Positions 12,369-22,205 of a DNA stretch of 64,000 bases are shown here, piece after piece. The position numbers and the translations under genes are program-made. The stretch is from Atribacterota bacterium. Lineage in GTDB: Bacteria > Atribacterota > Phoenicimicrobiia > Phoenicimicrobiales > Stramentimicrobiaceae. Each line of letters opens with the position of its first letter. The first letter of the stretch is position 1. The notes under the pieces were generated by a model. The model did no database searches and had not been told where the DNA came from. It saw only the letters and a list, made by a program, of their open reading frames with translations. The stretch spans positions 1,238 to 65,237 of the forward strand of contig JAQUNC010000005.1 in the NCBI GenBank assembly GCA_028717805.1. Reading direction: 5' to 3'.

Positions 12369-12625
12369 TTAATAATGAATAACCAATTAGATTTTATGAT
12401 AAAATATAATTAATAAGATTTATGCCTTAAGTAAATTAGGATTTATTATATAAAGGTATTATCTTATAAAACAGGATATTCAAAGTAATATTAAATATTA
12501 ATCTTGATCTTATTTTCAGGGAATCTTAAGGGCAAGGATTCTCCTTAAAATTTTATTCTTGGTAAATTTGTTATATTTAAATTGAAAAAAGATTTAAGTT
12601 TTCTATAAAGAGGAATGAAGAGAAA

Positions 12626-13663
12626 ATGTTATCTTATATTATAAGACGTCTCTTGATGCTGCCTTTAATTCTATTAGGAGTAAGCTTCCTGATATTCTGT
12701 CTTTTTTCGCTGTTAAGTCCCATGGAGAGATTGGCAACCTATATTAACGATCCTAGTGTCCTGAAAAATCCACAGGCAGCTCAGCGGTTGATTGATAAGT
12801 ATCATCTGGATGATCAATTTCCTGCTGGCTATATTTATTGGCTGAAGTCGTTAGTAAAGCTTGATTTTGGCTGGTCTCCCACTGCCAATCAACCGGTCTG
12901 GGAGGCTATTATGCAACGTTTTCCGGCAACTTTAGAATTAGTTTTCTATTCCATTATACCGGTTATTCTGGTGGGAATCTGGTTAGGTGTTATCTCTGCG
13001 GTCCATCATAATAATTTACTGGATCAGACTATCAGGGTAACGGCTATAATTGGCTGGTCCTTACCAACCTTTATCTTTGGCTTATTAGTATTATTTATCT
13101 TTTATGGCATATTGGGATGGTTGCCACCCGGAAGGTTAAGTACCTGGGCACAATATGTTGTATATAGCGGTGATAGTTTTAAGAATTACACCTATTTTAT
13201 TACTATTGATGCTCTTTTAAATGGACGTCTCGATATTTTCTGGGATGCCATAAAGCATTTAATTGGACCAATTATTACCCTCTCTTATATTAACTGGGCT
13301 TATTTACTTAGAATTACCCGTTCTAGTATGCTGGAAACTCTGAGAAAAGATTATATCCGTACTGCTCGAGCTAAGGGAGTAGATGAAAAAAGTGTTATCC
13401 ATCAGCACGCCCGAAAGAATGCTCTAATACCTGTAGTAACAGTAGCCGGAATGATGATTGTTCAAATGCTGGGGGGTGTGGTTATCACTGAGACAGTATT
13501 TACCTATCCTGGACTGGGTTTTTGGGCTGCTTCTTCTGCGCAGCAATTGGATTATGGATCAGTCATTGGATTTGCTCTATTATTTGCCTTTATGATGGTA
13601 ATAGGCAATTTATTTGTAGATATTTCTTACGCTTTAATTGATCCCCGGGTTAGATTGGAGTGA
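12626..13663 (+). CDS. ABC transporter permease (OppB/DppB-like)
   Basis: Multi-TM protein with the EAA-like permease motif region (IRTARAKGVDEKSVI...) of the BPD_transp_1 family. Confidence 0.9.
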   Translation: MLSYIIRRLLMLPLILLGVSFLIFCLFSLLSPMERLATYINDPSVLKNPQAAQRLIDKYHLDDQFPAGYIYWLKSLVKLDFGWSPTANQPVWEAIMQRFPATLELVFYSIIPVILVGIWLGVISAVHHNNLLDQTIRVTAIIGWSLPTFIFGLLVLFIFYGILGWLPPGRLSTWAQYVVYSGDSFKNYTYFITIDALLNGRLDIFWDAIKHLIGPIITLSYINWAYLLRITRSSMLETLRKDYIRTARAKGVDEKSVIHQHARKNALIPVVTVAGMMIVQMLGGVVITETVFTYPGLGFWAASSAQQLDYGSVIGFALLFAFMMVIGNLFVDISYALIDPRVRLE

Positions 13664-14606
13664 TAACAAAATGTATAGAATAATTAAGAAATTACTGAGT
13701 AACACAACTTCGCTGATAGGTTTATTACTTCTTCTAATATTTGTTCTTATCGCTATTTTTGCTCCCTATATTGCTCCTCCTTTATTTCCCGATCCTTATC
13801 AAATACCTCGTATGTCCTGGGATGTAGAACCACAGCCACCAGGATTTCCCATCTCTGATGATATGAGATATATCTATGAAAGTTTGGGACAACCTATTAC
13901 CAGGGATAAAGCGATTTTTGGTACTGCCCAGGGTGGTTATGATATATTTTACGGATTAATCTGGGGAACCAGAACAGCGTTTCGTGTTGGGATTATCACT
14001 GTGACTTGTTCTATGTTAATTGGTCTTATTGGGGGTTCAATTGCCGCTTATTTTGGCGGTTGGATAGATGAATTGTTAATGCGTTTAACTGATATCTTTT
14101 TATCCATTCCCTTTTTAGTTGCGGCAATGGTTTTGACTACAATTTTAGGAAGAGGCTTGGACAAGGTAATGATAGCACTTATTGCCTTTGGCTGGATGGG
14201 ATATAGCAGGGTCATAAGAGGAAGTATTTTGTGTACCAAAGAAGAGATATATGTTATGGCAGCCAAAGCTTTAGGAGTAAAAGATTTCCGTATCATTTTC
14301 TTTCATTTACTACCCAATACCATTTTCCCAGTGTTAGTTCAGGCAAGCATGAATATCGGTTCAATGGTAGTTACTGCTGCAGCTCTCAGCTTTTTAGGAG
14401 TTGGAGCTCCTTTAGGATATGCAGATTGGGGTCAAATGGTTAGTTTTGCTCGTAATTGGATTATTGGTTCACCAGGGAAGGCTGGAGAATATTGGTATGC
14501 GGTATTTTTTCCCGGGATATTTATAGTTTTATTTGTCCTTTCCTGGAATTTAGTAGGAGATACCCTGAGAGATATTTTTGATCCGCGTCTGAGGGGTGAA
14601 TTATGA
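13638..14606 (+). CDS. ABC transporter permease (OppC/DppC-like)
   Basis: BPD_transp_1 family. The probable start is the ATG at 13671 (MYRIIKK), which overlaps the previous stop. Confidence 0.9.
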   Translation: MIPGLDWSDNKMYRIIKKLLSNTTSLIGLLLLLIFVLIAIFAPYIAPPLFPDPYQIPRMSWDVEPQPPGFPISDDMRYIYESLGQPITRDKAIFGTAQGGYDIFYGLIWGTRTAFRVGIITVTCSMLIGLIGGSIAAYFGGWIDELLMRLTDIFLSIPFLVAAMVLTTILGRGLDKVMIALIAFGWMGYSRVIRGSILCTKEEIYVMAAKALGVKDFRIIFFHLLPNTIFPVLVQASMNIGSMVVTAAALSFLGVGAPLGYADWGQMVSFARNWIIGSPGKAGEYWYAVFFPGIFIVLFVLSWNLVGDTLRDIFDPRLRGEL

Positions 14607-15640
14607 TGAGAGATAATAATAAGCAGACAGTACTGCAGGTAAAAAATCTAAAGACCCACTTTTTTACAGAAAATGGAATTGTAAAAGCTGTTGATGGTGT
14701 TGATTTTGAAGTATATCAAGGGGAAACTCTGGGATTGGTTGGTGAATCAGGTTGCGGTAAAAGTGTTACTGCTTTTTCTATTGTTAGATTACTGGATTAT
14801 CCCGGCAAGACAGTTGAAGGTCAAATTGTCTTTAAAGGGGATGATTTACTTAAAAAAAGCGATAACCAGATGCGAAAAATAAGGGGAAAAGAGATTGCCA
14901 TGATTTTTCAGGAACCCATGACTTCTTTAAATCCTGTTTTTTCTATCGGTTATCAAATTTCTGAATCTTTAAAAATACATTATAAAATGAGTAATCAAGA
15001 AGCTAGAAATAAGGCAATTGATCTTTTAGAAAAGGTAGGAATACCTATTCCACAACAACGGGTAGATGAGTATCCCCATCAATTAAGTGGAGGAATGAGG
15101 CAGAGAGCTATGATTGCTATGGCTTTAGCTTGTGATCCGATTTTGCTTATTGCGGATGAGCCAACCACATCTTTAGATGTTACTATTCAAGCTCAGATAT
15201 TAGATTTGATGAAAAACCTTTTACAGCAGTTTAACAGCTCATTAATTATGATTACACATGATTTAGGAGTAATAGCTGAGATTGCTGATCGTATCGCTGT
15301 TATGTATGCTGGTAAGATTGTGGAATATGCTGACACCCGTTCGATATTTTTTTCTCCTCTCCATCCTTATACCTTTGGCTTGCTTACTTCTATACCAAGA
15401 TTAGATTTAGATTTAGAAAAGTTAGAATCAATACCTGGTATAGTGCCGGACCCGCTACATTTCCCTTTGGGATGCAAGTTTCATCCCCGTTGTATTTTTG
15501 CTACTGAGAAATGTAAGAAGGAAGAGCCATTGCTGGAAAGAATTGAAGATAATCATATGATTCGTTGCTGGTATGTGGATAGAGTAAAAGAAGAAGCGGA
15601 AAAGATTTCCTTTAGCAAGAGGTTAACAGCAGTTGAATAA
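14603..15640 (+). CDS. Oligopeptide/dipeptide ABC transporter ATP-binding protein (OppD/DppD-like)
   Basis: Walker A GESGCGKS, signature LSGGMRQR, Walker B LLIADEPTTSLD, plus the C-terminal Opp-type extension with Cys motifs. Confidence 0.92.
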   Translation: MMRDNNKQTVLQVKNLKTHFFTENGIVKAVDGVDFEVYQGETLGLVGESGCGKSVTAFSIVRLLDYPGKTVEGQIVFKGDDLLKKSDNQMRKIRGKEIAMIFQEPMTSLNPVFSIGYQISESLKIHYKMSNQEARNKAIDLLEKVGIPIPQQRVDEYPHQLSGGMRQRAMIAMALACDPILLIADEPTTSLDVTIQAQILDLMKNLLQQFNSSLIMITHDLGVIAEIADRIAVMYAGKIVEYADTRSIFFSPLHPYTFGLLTSIPRLDLDLEKLESIPGIVPDPLHFPLGCKFHPRCIFATEKCKKEEPLLERIEDNHMIRCWYVDRVKEEAEKISFSKRLTAVE

Positions 15641-16598
15641 TCAATTAATATCGGTGAGAAATTTAATTAAATATTTTCCCATTAAAAAAGGTGTCTTTAG
15701 AAGAACGGTAGGCTGGATTAAAGCAGTTGATAATATTAACTTTGATATTTATAATGGGGAAACTCTGGGTCTGGTTGGTGAGTCAGGATGCGGTAAATCA
15801 ACCACTGCTCTAACCATTCTCCGTTTAGAGGAACCTACCGCTGGAGAAATTATATTTCAGGGGAAAAACATTACCAGAGTAAATAAAAAGCAGATGAGAA
15901 GCTATAGAAAGGATTTACAGATTATATTTCAGGATCCCTATAGTTCTCTTGATCCCAGGATGAAGATAAAGAATATTATAGCTGAGGGATTAGTTACCCA
16001 CAACCTGTTAGATAATAGAACAAGAACAAAAAGAGTCAGAGAGTTATTAGAAAGAGTAGGGATACCGCCTGATTATATGGATCGTTTTCCACATGAGTTT
16101 AGTGGTGGACAAAGGCAAAGAATAGGAATTGCCCGTGCTTTAGCCTTAAATCCCAAAATAATAATTTGCGATGAAGCTGTATCAGCACTGGATGTATCTA
16201 TCCGATCGCAAATAATTAATTTATTTAAAGAATTACAAAAGGAATTTAATCTTACCTACCTATTTATTGCTCATGATTTAAGTGTTATCAAGTATATCAG
16301 TGATAGGGTTGCAGTGATGTATTTAGGTAAGATTGTAGAAATTGCACCTAAAAATATATTTTTTGATAATACTCTTCACCCTTATGCCCAGGCGCTGGTA
16401 TCTGCAGTTCCGGTTCCCAATCCTGATTTCAAGAGAAAACGAATTTTATTAAAGGGTGATGTACCCAGTCCGGCTAATCCTCCAACAGGCTGCCGTTTTC
16501 ATCCCAGATGCCAGAAAGTGATGGAAGTTTGCTCCAATGTGGAACCCCAGTTAAAAGAAATAGAGAAGGGACACTTTGTATCCTGCCACCATTATTAA
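15633..16598 (+). CDS. Oligopeptide/dipeptide ABC transporter ATP-binding protein (OppF/DppF-like)
   Basis: Walker [10 protein letters not shown], signature FSGGQRQR, Walker [13 protein letters not shown]. Confidence 0.92.
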   Translation: MNNQLISVRNLIKYFPIKKGVFRRTVGWIKAVDNINFDIYNGETLGLVGESGCGKSTTALTILRLEEPTAGEIIFQGKNITRVNKKQMRSYRKDLQIIFQDPYSSLDPRMKIKNIIAEGLVTHNLLDNRTRTKRVRELLERVGIPPDYMDRFPHEFSGGQRQRIGIARALALNPKIIICDEAVSALDVSIRSQIINLFKELQKEFNLTYLFIAHDLSVIKYISDRVAVMYLGKIVEIAPKNIFFDNTLHPYAQALVSAVPVPNPDFKRKRILLKGDVPSPANPPTGCRFHPRCQKVMEVCSNVEPQLKEIEKGHFVSCHHY

Positions 16599-16848
16599 TT
16601 ATTAAACAAATAATCTACTTAAACTAATGATATTGTAACTAAAATTAATTATTCTGTAATAATGTATTTGTTATCAAATTGTTAATCCATATTTTTTATG
16701 TTAAAATAATTGGCAAAAGAATTTTTGAAATTATATTTACTTGGTAAAATTTTTGATAAAATATCAGCAACACATTATTTTTATTATCAAGATGAACTGA
16801 AAACCAAAAACGCAATACAAACAACGCACTACTATATACTAATTAATT

Positions 16849-16886
16849 GAGGGGTTTCAGGGGATACTTCCCCTGACAATATCATG
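16849..16886 (+). repeat. GC-rich hairpin element, copy A (GGGGTTTCAGGGGA-TAC-TTCCCCTGACAATATCATG)
   Basis: Perfect 8-bp inverted repeat TCAGGGGA/TCCCCTGA in an AT-rich spacer 12 nt upstream of tRNA-Arg. Its flanks are shared with copies B through F. Confidence 0.5.
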
Positions 16887-16897
16887 TTCGGTTTCGA

Positions 16898-16973
16898 GCG
16901 CCCGTAGCTCAATGGATAGAGCAGGGGCTTCCTAAGCCCCGTGTTGGAAGTTCGACTCTTCTCGGGCGCTCCA
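16898..16973 (+). tRNA. tRNA-Arg (anticodon CCT)
   Basis: GCGCCCG-TA-GCTCAATGGATAGAGC, anticodon loop TTCCTAA, T-arm GAAGTTCGACTCTTC, acceptor 3' strand CGGGCGC-T-CCA. Confidence 0.85.
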
Positions 16974-17039
16974 TTATTATAGTAATACCCTCATTAAGTA
17001 ACAAAATAAATTATAAAACAGAGGAGAGGGAGAATTATA

Positions 17040-18728
17040 TTGCTTAATAAAACTAACGATGAAAGCTTAAAACAAATCATTAGAGAATCCGTTTTACAAT
17101 ACCTGAAAAAGAGTGAAATTGAGCTAAAAACCATTCCTGCAATTATTTTAACAACACCAAAAAATCCCACTCACGGACATCTTTCTGCTAATATTGCCTT
17201 ACAATTATCTGGCATAATATCAGACAATGCCAAGAAAATAGCCCAGTTTATTGTACAGGAAGTTGAAAAGAATAACCGGGAGTTGTTCGATAGAATTGAA
17301 ATAGCAGGACCAGGTTTTATAAATTTCTATTTTAAAAATGACATATTGTATAATGTGTTACATGAAATTATGACCAAAAAAAGTAGATTTGGCCATTCCA
17401 ATATAGGACAGGGTGAAAAAGTATTAGTAGAATATGTCAGTGTTAATCCTACCGGTCCTTTACATGTTGGCCATGGAAAGTGTGCTGCAGTTGGAGACTC
17501 ACTCTCTAGAATATTAAAGGCTGCTGGTTATGAGGTAGCAACAGAGTATTATATAAATGATCATGGCAAGCAAATGGATATTCTTGGGGAATCAGTTTTG
17601 GTACGCTATAGACAATTATTAGGGGAAGAGATTGAATTCCCGGAAAATGGATATAAGGGAGATTATATAGTCACTCTGGCTAAAGAAATTAAGGATAAAT
17701 ATAAAGCACAGTTTAAGGGGAAAAATGATCTGAATACAATTCGTTTTTTTAAAGCTTATACTCAACAGAGAATTTTACAAGATATAAAAGAGGATTTAAC
17801 CATTTTTGGAGTAGAATTTGATAATTGGTTTAGTGAAGAATCTCTTTACACCCAAAATAAGGTACAAGTGGTCATTGAGAAATTAATACAAGAGGGATTT
17901 ATTTATAGTGATAAAGGTGCCCTATGGTTTAAGTCAACTGATTTTGGAGATGAAAAAGACAGAGTCGTAACCAGAAATAATGGTGAGGCTACTTATTTTG
18001 CTTCTGATATTGCTTACCACAATGATAAATATAGCAGAGGTTTTAATACTCTGATTGACATATGGGGCTCTGATCATCATGGTTACATTAAGAGGATGAA
18101 GGCTGCTATTCAAGCATTGGGTTATGATAAAGAGTCTTTTCAAGTACTATTGGTGCAATTTGTTACTCTGGTTAGAGGCGGCAACACTATTGGAATGAGT
18201 ACCCGGGGTGGACAATTTGTTACTTTAAAGGATTTATTAAAAGAGGTTGGCAAAGATGTTGCTAGATATTTTTTTCTGATGTATAGCCATGACAGTCATA
18301 CCGAGTTTGATCTGGATATCGCCAAATCCCAATCCATGGAAAATCCTGTTTTTTATATCCAGTATGCTTATGCCCGTATATGCAGTATAATAGAAAAAGG
18401 GAGAATAAGGAATATTTTTTTAAATGATAAAAAGAAAGAACTAATTGACCTGAAGTTACTGGATAAAAAGGAAGAGCTGGAAATTATTAAGAAATTATCC
18501 TCTTTTATAAAGGTGGTGGAAAGAAGCTCACTCCAGTGTAAACCCTATTTGATTGCTGGGTATTTGCATGAGTTAGCCAGCCTATTTCATAAATATTATA
18601 CTGAATTTAAAGTTATTGGTAGGGAGAGGAAACTTTCTGAAGCTCGGTTATACCTAGTTTGTGCCATTAAAGTTGTTTTAGAAAACGCTCTTTTCTTATT
18701 AGGGATACAAGCTCCGGAGAAAATGTAA
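17040..18728 (+). CDS. argS: Arginyl-tRNA synthetase
   Basis: HIGH-class motif PTGPLHVGHG and argS-specific domains, 562 aa. It lies immediately downstream of tRNA-Arg. Confidence 0.95.
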   Translation: MLNKTNDESLKQIIRESVLQYLKKSEIELKTIPAIILTTPKNPTHGHLSANIALQLSGIISDNAKKIAQFIVQEVEKNNRELFDRIEIAGPGFINFYFKNDILYNVLHEIMTKKSRFGHSNIGQGEKVLVEYVSVNPTGPLHVGHGKCAAVGDSLSRILKAAGYEVATEYYINDHGKQMDILGESVLVRYRQLLGEEIEFPENGYKGDYIVTLAKEIKDKYKAQFKGKNDLNTIRFFKAYTQQRILQDIKEDLTIFGVEFDNWFSEESLYTQNKVQVVIEKLIQEGFIYSDKGALWFKSTDFGDEKDRVVTRNNGEATYFASDIAYHNDKYSRGFNTLIDIWGSDHHGYIKRMKAAIQALGYDKESFQVLLVQFVTLVRGGNTIGMSTRGGQFVTLKDLLKEVGKDVARYFFLMYSHDSHTEFDLDIAKSQSMENPVFYIQYAYARICSIIEKGRIRNIFLNDKKKELIDLKLLDKKEELEIIKKLSSFIKVVERSSLQCKPYLIAGYLHELASLFHKYYTEFKVIGRERKLSEARLYLVCAIKVVLENALFLLGIQAPEKM

Positions 18729-18747
18729 AAACATTATTGAGGTTAGT

Positions 18748-19635
18748 ATGAAAAGCTTTCGACTTGTTATTATCAGTGGATTATCTGGTGCTGGGAAAAG
18801 CGTTGCTATTAAGGTTTTTGAGGATATGAATTTCTTTTGTGTTGATAACATACCTCCTCAGTTAATTCCAAAATTTTCTGAGCTGTGTCTGAAGTCACAG
18901 GGGAAATTATCTAAGATAGCTTTTGTTATTGATATCAGGGGAGAGATATTTTTACGTGAACTGGAGCAATCGTTGAGAGAATTAGAAACCATGAATATTT
19001 TTCCGGAAATATTATTTCTAGAAGCCAGGGATGAAATTATTGTGAGAAGATTTGGGGAAACAAGAAGAAAGCACCCTCTTCAAATATCTCACAGCATTTT
19101 AGATAATATTCAAGAAGAAAGAAAAAAACTAAACGACCTGAAATCCAGAGCAAGTATAATAATAGATACCTCCAATTTAGATCCCAAGCAGCTCAATAGG
19201 GAGATTCGAAAATACTTTCAGAAAGAAGCAGTCGGTAAAATACAAATTAATTTAATATCTTTTGGTTATAAATACGGTCTGCCCATTGATGTTGATTTAG
19301 TGTTGGATGCCAGGTTTCTGCCTAATCCTTTTTATGATAGCAAACTTAGTGAACTATCTGGAAAAGACGAAAAAGTTAAGGAATATTTGCTACAATTTCC
19401 TATATCACTACAATCCATTCAGCAATTCTTTTCCTTAATTGATTTTCTCATACCATATTATATAAAAGAGGGTAAGAACTATCTATCTATTGCTATTGGT
19501 TGTACAGGAGGAAGGCATCGTTCAGTTTTCCTGGTGAATGAACTTATTCATCGGTTAAGATCGAAAGGTTATCCTGTTTTTGTAAGACATAGAGATATCA
19601 GAAAGGAAGAAAAAATATTTAAAGAGAAGTTTTAA
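18748..19635 (+). CDS. rapZ: RNase adapter / nucleotide-binding protein RapZ (YvcJ, UPF0042)
   Basis: P-loop GLSGAGKS and the C-terminal GCTGGRHRSV motif. yvcJ-yvcK-whiA synteny. Confidence 0.9.
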   Translation: MKSFRLVIISGLSGAGKSVAIKVFEDMNFFCVDNIPPQLIPKFSELCLKSQGKLSKIAFVIDIRGEIFLRELEQSLRELETMNIFPEILFLEARDEIIVRRFGETRRKHPLQISHSILDNIQEERKKLNDLKSRASIIIDTSNLDPKQLNREIRKYFQKEAVGKIQINLISFGYKYGLPIDVDLVLDARFLPNPFYDSKLSELSGKDEKVKEYLLQFPISLQSIQQFFSLIDFLIPYYIKEGKNYLSIAIGCTGGRHRSVFLVNELIHRLRSKGYPVFVRHRDIRKEEKIFKEKF

Positions 19636-19643
19636 GATATAAA

Positions 19644-20939
19644 ATGATCAAAAGAAATTACCATTTAAAATCACTATTAAAGTGGTTTTATCCCGGAATG
19701 AGAGTAAAACGTTTTTTACTCATGGTCTTATCAGGCATAATTCTTATGGCAGTAGGTTTGATTTACCTTATTGATCTCACTAGATTTTTATGGATCAAGA
19801 ATCAGATAAAAAATCTATTTATTTATTATCAAATAGCTCCACATCTTTCTGGTTTAATCTTAATTATTATCGGGTCTTTACTAATTATTTTGGGTATTTC
19901 CAATATAAATCGGTCAATTCTGAAAACTATTATACCCAAGCAGGTTGATCTGGTGCCTGAAATTATTTATGAACAGAGAAAATTAGGGAAAGGACCCCGG
20001 ATAGTAGTAATTGGAGGTGGAACCGGTCTTTATACCTTATTAAGAGGTTTAAAAAAGTATACCAGTAATATTACTGCTGTGGTAACTGCCTTTGATAGCG
20101 GTGGTAGTTCCGGCAAATTAAGAGATGAATTGGGCGTTCTTCCACCTGGTGATATTAGAAATTGCCTGGTAGCTCTTTCTACTGAAGAATTATTAATGAA
20201 AAAATTATTCCAATATAGATTTACCAATGGTAGTTTGCAGGGGCACAGTTTTGGCAATCTATTTATTACAGCTATGTCAGAAGTAAGTGGTGATTTTTCT
20301 AAAGCTATTGAAAAGTCGAGCGAGATACTGGCAATTAGGGGAAGGGTCCTTCCTTCTTCAATTGAGAATGTCACCCTTTGTGCTCAATTAAAAAATAAAC
20401 AGCTTATCAGAGGTGAAGATAAAATATCTCAGAGTAAAAATGGCATTGAAAGTATTTTTATACAACCCTCTTCAGTTTTGCCTTTATCGGAAACCATTCA
20501 AGCGATTCAAGAAGCTGATGCCATTATTCTTGGTCCGGGTAGTCTTTATACCAGTGTGATATGCAATCTGTTAGTGAAAAACATTCCAGAGACAATTTAT
20601 CAATCTGAAGCGCTCAAAATTTATATCTGCAATGTTATGACCCAACCTGGAGAAACCGATAACTATACTGTTTCAATGCATGTAAAAGAAATCATAAAAT
20701 ACCTACCTAATAATTGCTTAGATTATGTCTTGCTTAATAGTCAGAAATTAAGTAAGCAGGTAGCAGCAAAATATAAAAAGGAGGGAGCCTTTATGGTTAA
20801 GGACGATTTACCTCCTGATTTTGATAAAAGGATAAAAGTATTGAGGCAGGAGTTGTTATCAGAATACAATTTTGCCCGGCATCATTCTGAAAGGTTAGCC
20901 AAACTGATAATAGACATTATTCATAAGGAGAAAAAATAA
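19644..20939 (+). CDS. yvcK: Gluconeogenesis factor / CofD-like protein YvcK (UPF0052) with an N-terminal membrane anchor
   Basis: GPRIVVIGGGTGLYTLLRGLK...VTAFDSGGSSGKLRDELGVLPPGDIRNCLVAL is the CofD/YvcK fold signature. An extra ~100-aa N-terminal region carries two TM helices. Confidence 0.88.
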   Translation: MIKRNYHLKSLLKWFYPGMRVKRFLLMVLSGIILMAVGLIYLIDLTRFLWIKNQIKNLFIYYQIAPHLSGLILIIIGSLLIILGISNINRSILKTIIPKQVDLVPEIIYEQRKLGKGPRIVVIGGGTGLYTLLRGLKKYTSNITAVVTAFDSGGSSGKLRDELGVLPPGDIRNCLVALSTEELLMKKLFQYRFTNGSLQGHSFGNLFITAMSEVSGDFSKAIEKSSEILAIRGRVLPSSIENVTLCAQLKNKQLIRGEDKISQSKNGIESIFIQPSSVLPLSETIQAIQEADAIILGPGSLYTSVICNLLVKNIPETIYQSEALKIYICNVMTQPGETDNYTVSMHVKEIIKYLPNNCLDYVLLNSQKLSKQVAAKYKKEGAFMVKDDLPPDFDKRIKVLRQELLSEYNFARHHSERLAKLIIDIIHKEKK

Positions 20940-21881
20940 TTGTATTTTTCACCACTGGTAAAACAAGAATTAGCTCGCATAATTCCGTCAAAAAATTATG
21001 AGCAAAAAAGTGAGCTATTAGCCTTTATAATAATGAATGGCAGAATTGATTCCTCCAGTAAGCTATTAATTATTCTTGATAATCCAGTTATGATTAAGGT
21101 AGTTTATTTTTTAGTGAAGAGAGCTTTTCGCTACGAAGCTAAAATAGACATAATAAAGAAAAACCATAAAAAGAAGATTTATAATATATCTGTTGCTAAT
21201 ACACAAAAAATAAAATTAATCTTAAAGCAATTTCAATTAACAAGAAATGTTAGGGGAGATTTAAGAAGAGTAGGAACAGTCAGAAACAAAGAAGAAATAA
21301 TAAGAAATTTTTCTGAGCAAGACTTTTTGCGAGGAGCCTTTTTAGCAGGTGGTTTTGTTAATGACCCTGAGAGAATGTATCATCTGGAGATTGCCTGTCC
21401 TTCTAAGGAGGTGGCACAAATGATTGGGGATGTTTTACACCATTCCTCGTTTTTTACCAAAATAAGCTTCTGGCAAAAGAAGTGGACTGTTTATATTAAA
21501 AAGAGTGAACAAATCTTTGAATTTTTACGTTTTATCGGAGTACAGAGAGCATTGTTAAACCTTCAAGATATTATTGCACGAAAAGATATTTTAAATACCG
21601 TAAATCGATTAGTTAATTGTGAAACAGCCAATCTAGATAAAACAATATTTTCGGCTTCCCGACAATTATTTTATATCGACTTAGTACTAAAGAACGTTGG
21701 TCTGGAAAATTTATCTCCTAATCTTAGAGAGGTAATTAAAATCCGTCTAAACCATCCCTATGCCAGTATCCAGGAGCTTGCTGATACCCTGGGAGGGGGC
21801 ATCACTAAGTCAGGGATATATCATCGCTTGAAAAAGATTAAACAACTGGCAGAATACAATTTGCCAGCAAACGAAATTTAA
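20940..21881 (+). CDS. whiA: DNA-binding protein WhiA
   Basis: LAGLIDADG-like N-terminal domain and C-terminal HTH. TTG start directly after the yvcK stop. Confidence 0.9.
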   Translation: MYFSPLVKQELARIIPSKNYEQKSELLAFIIMNGRIDSSSKLLIILDNPVMIKVVYFLVKRAFRYEAKIDIIKKNHKKKIYNISVANTQKIKLILKQFQLTRNVRGDLRRVGTVRNKEEIIRNFSEQDFLRGAFLAGGFVNDPERMYHLEIACPSKEVAQMIGDVLHHSSFFTKISFWQKKWTVYIKKSEQIFEFLRFIGVQRALLNLQDIIARKDILNTVNRLVNCETANLDKTIFSASRQLFYIDLVLKNVGLENLSPNLREVIKIRLNHPYASIQELADTLGGGITKSGIYHRLKKIKQLAEYNLPANEI

Positions 21882-22100
21882 CTGCCAAAGGAACAGAACC
21901 AAGAATTAATATTATTTTTTGAGGTTGTTTGAAAAAAATAAATAATTAGTGATAAAATATGATTGAGCTTATAATATAAATAAATTCTGGCTTAAAGTAA
22001 ACCCATCTTAATCTATATTTAACTGGATAAGGATTTTTATTAACTTTATAAAAAAGAAGACATTAAAGGAATTAATAAATATTAAGCTCGTGATTGACTT

Positions 22101-22139
22101 AGGGGTTCTCAAGGGGAATTCTTCCCCTTGAATATCCTG
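22101..22139 (+). repeat. GC-rich hairpin element, copy B (AGGGGTTCTCAAGGGGAATTCTTCCCCTTGAATATCCTG)
   Basis: Inverted repeat CAAGGGGAA/TTCCCCTTG; 5' GGGGTT and 3' AATATCCTG flanks as in copy A. It lies 67 nt upstream of rpoN. Confidence 0.5.
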
Positions 22140-22205
22140 TAGATAAGTTAGTCTCATTGAAATAATAACAAAATGTTTATTTATAATTAGTTAGAGGGTA
22201 TTTTA

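Noticed and set aside
16849-16886. GC-rich hairpins as intrinsic terminators of upstream genes
   Set aside because: None is followed by a U-tract. They sit close to the downstream gene start rather than the upstream stop, and share non-stem flanking sequence.
16599-17040. T-box leader upstream of argS
   Set aside because: No T-box consensus (AGGGTGGNACCGCG) and no specifier-loop/antiterminator arrangement. The region instead contains a bona fide tRNA-Arg gene.
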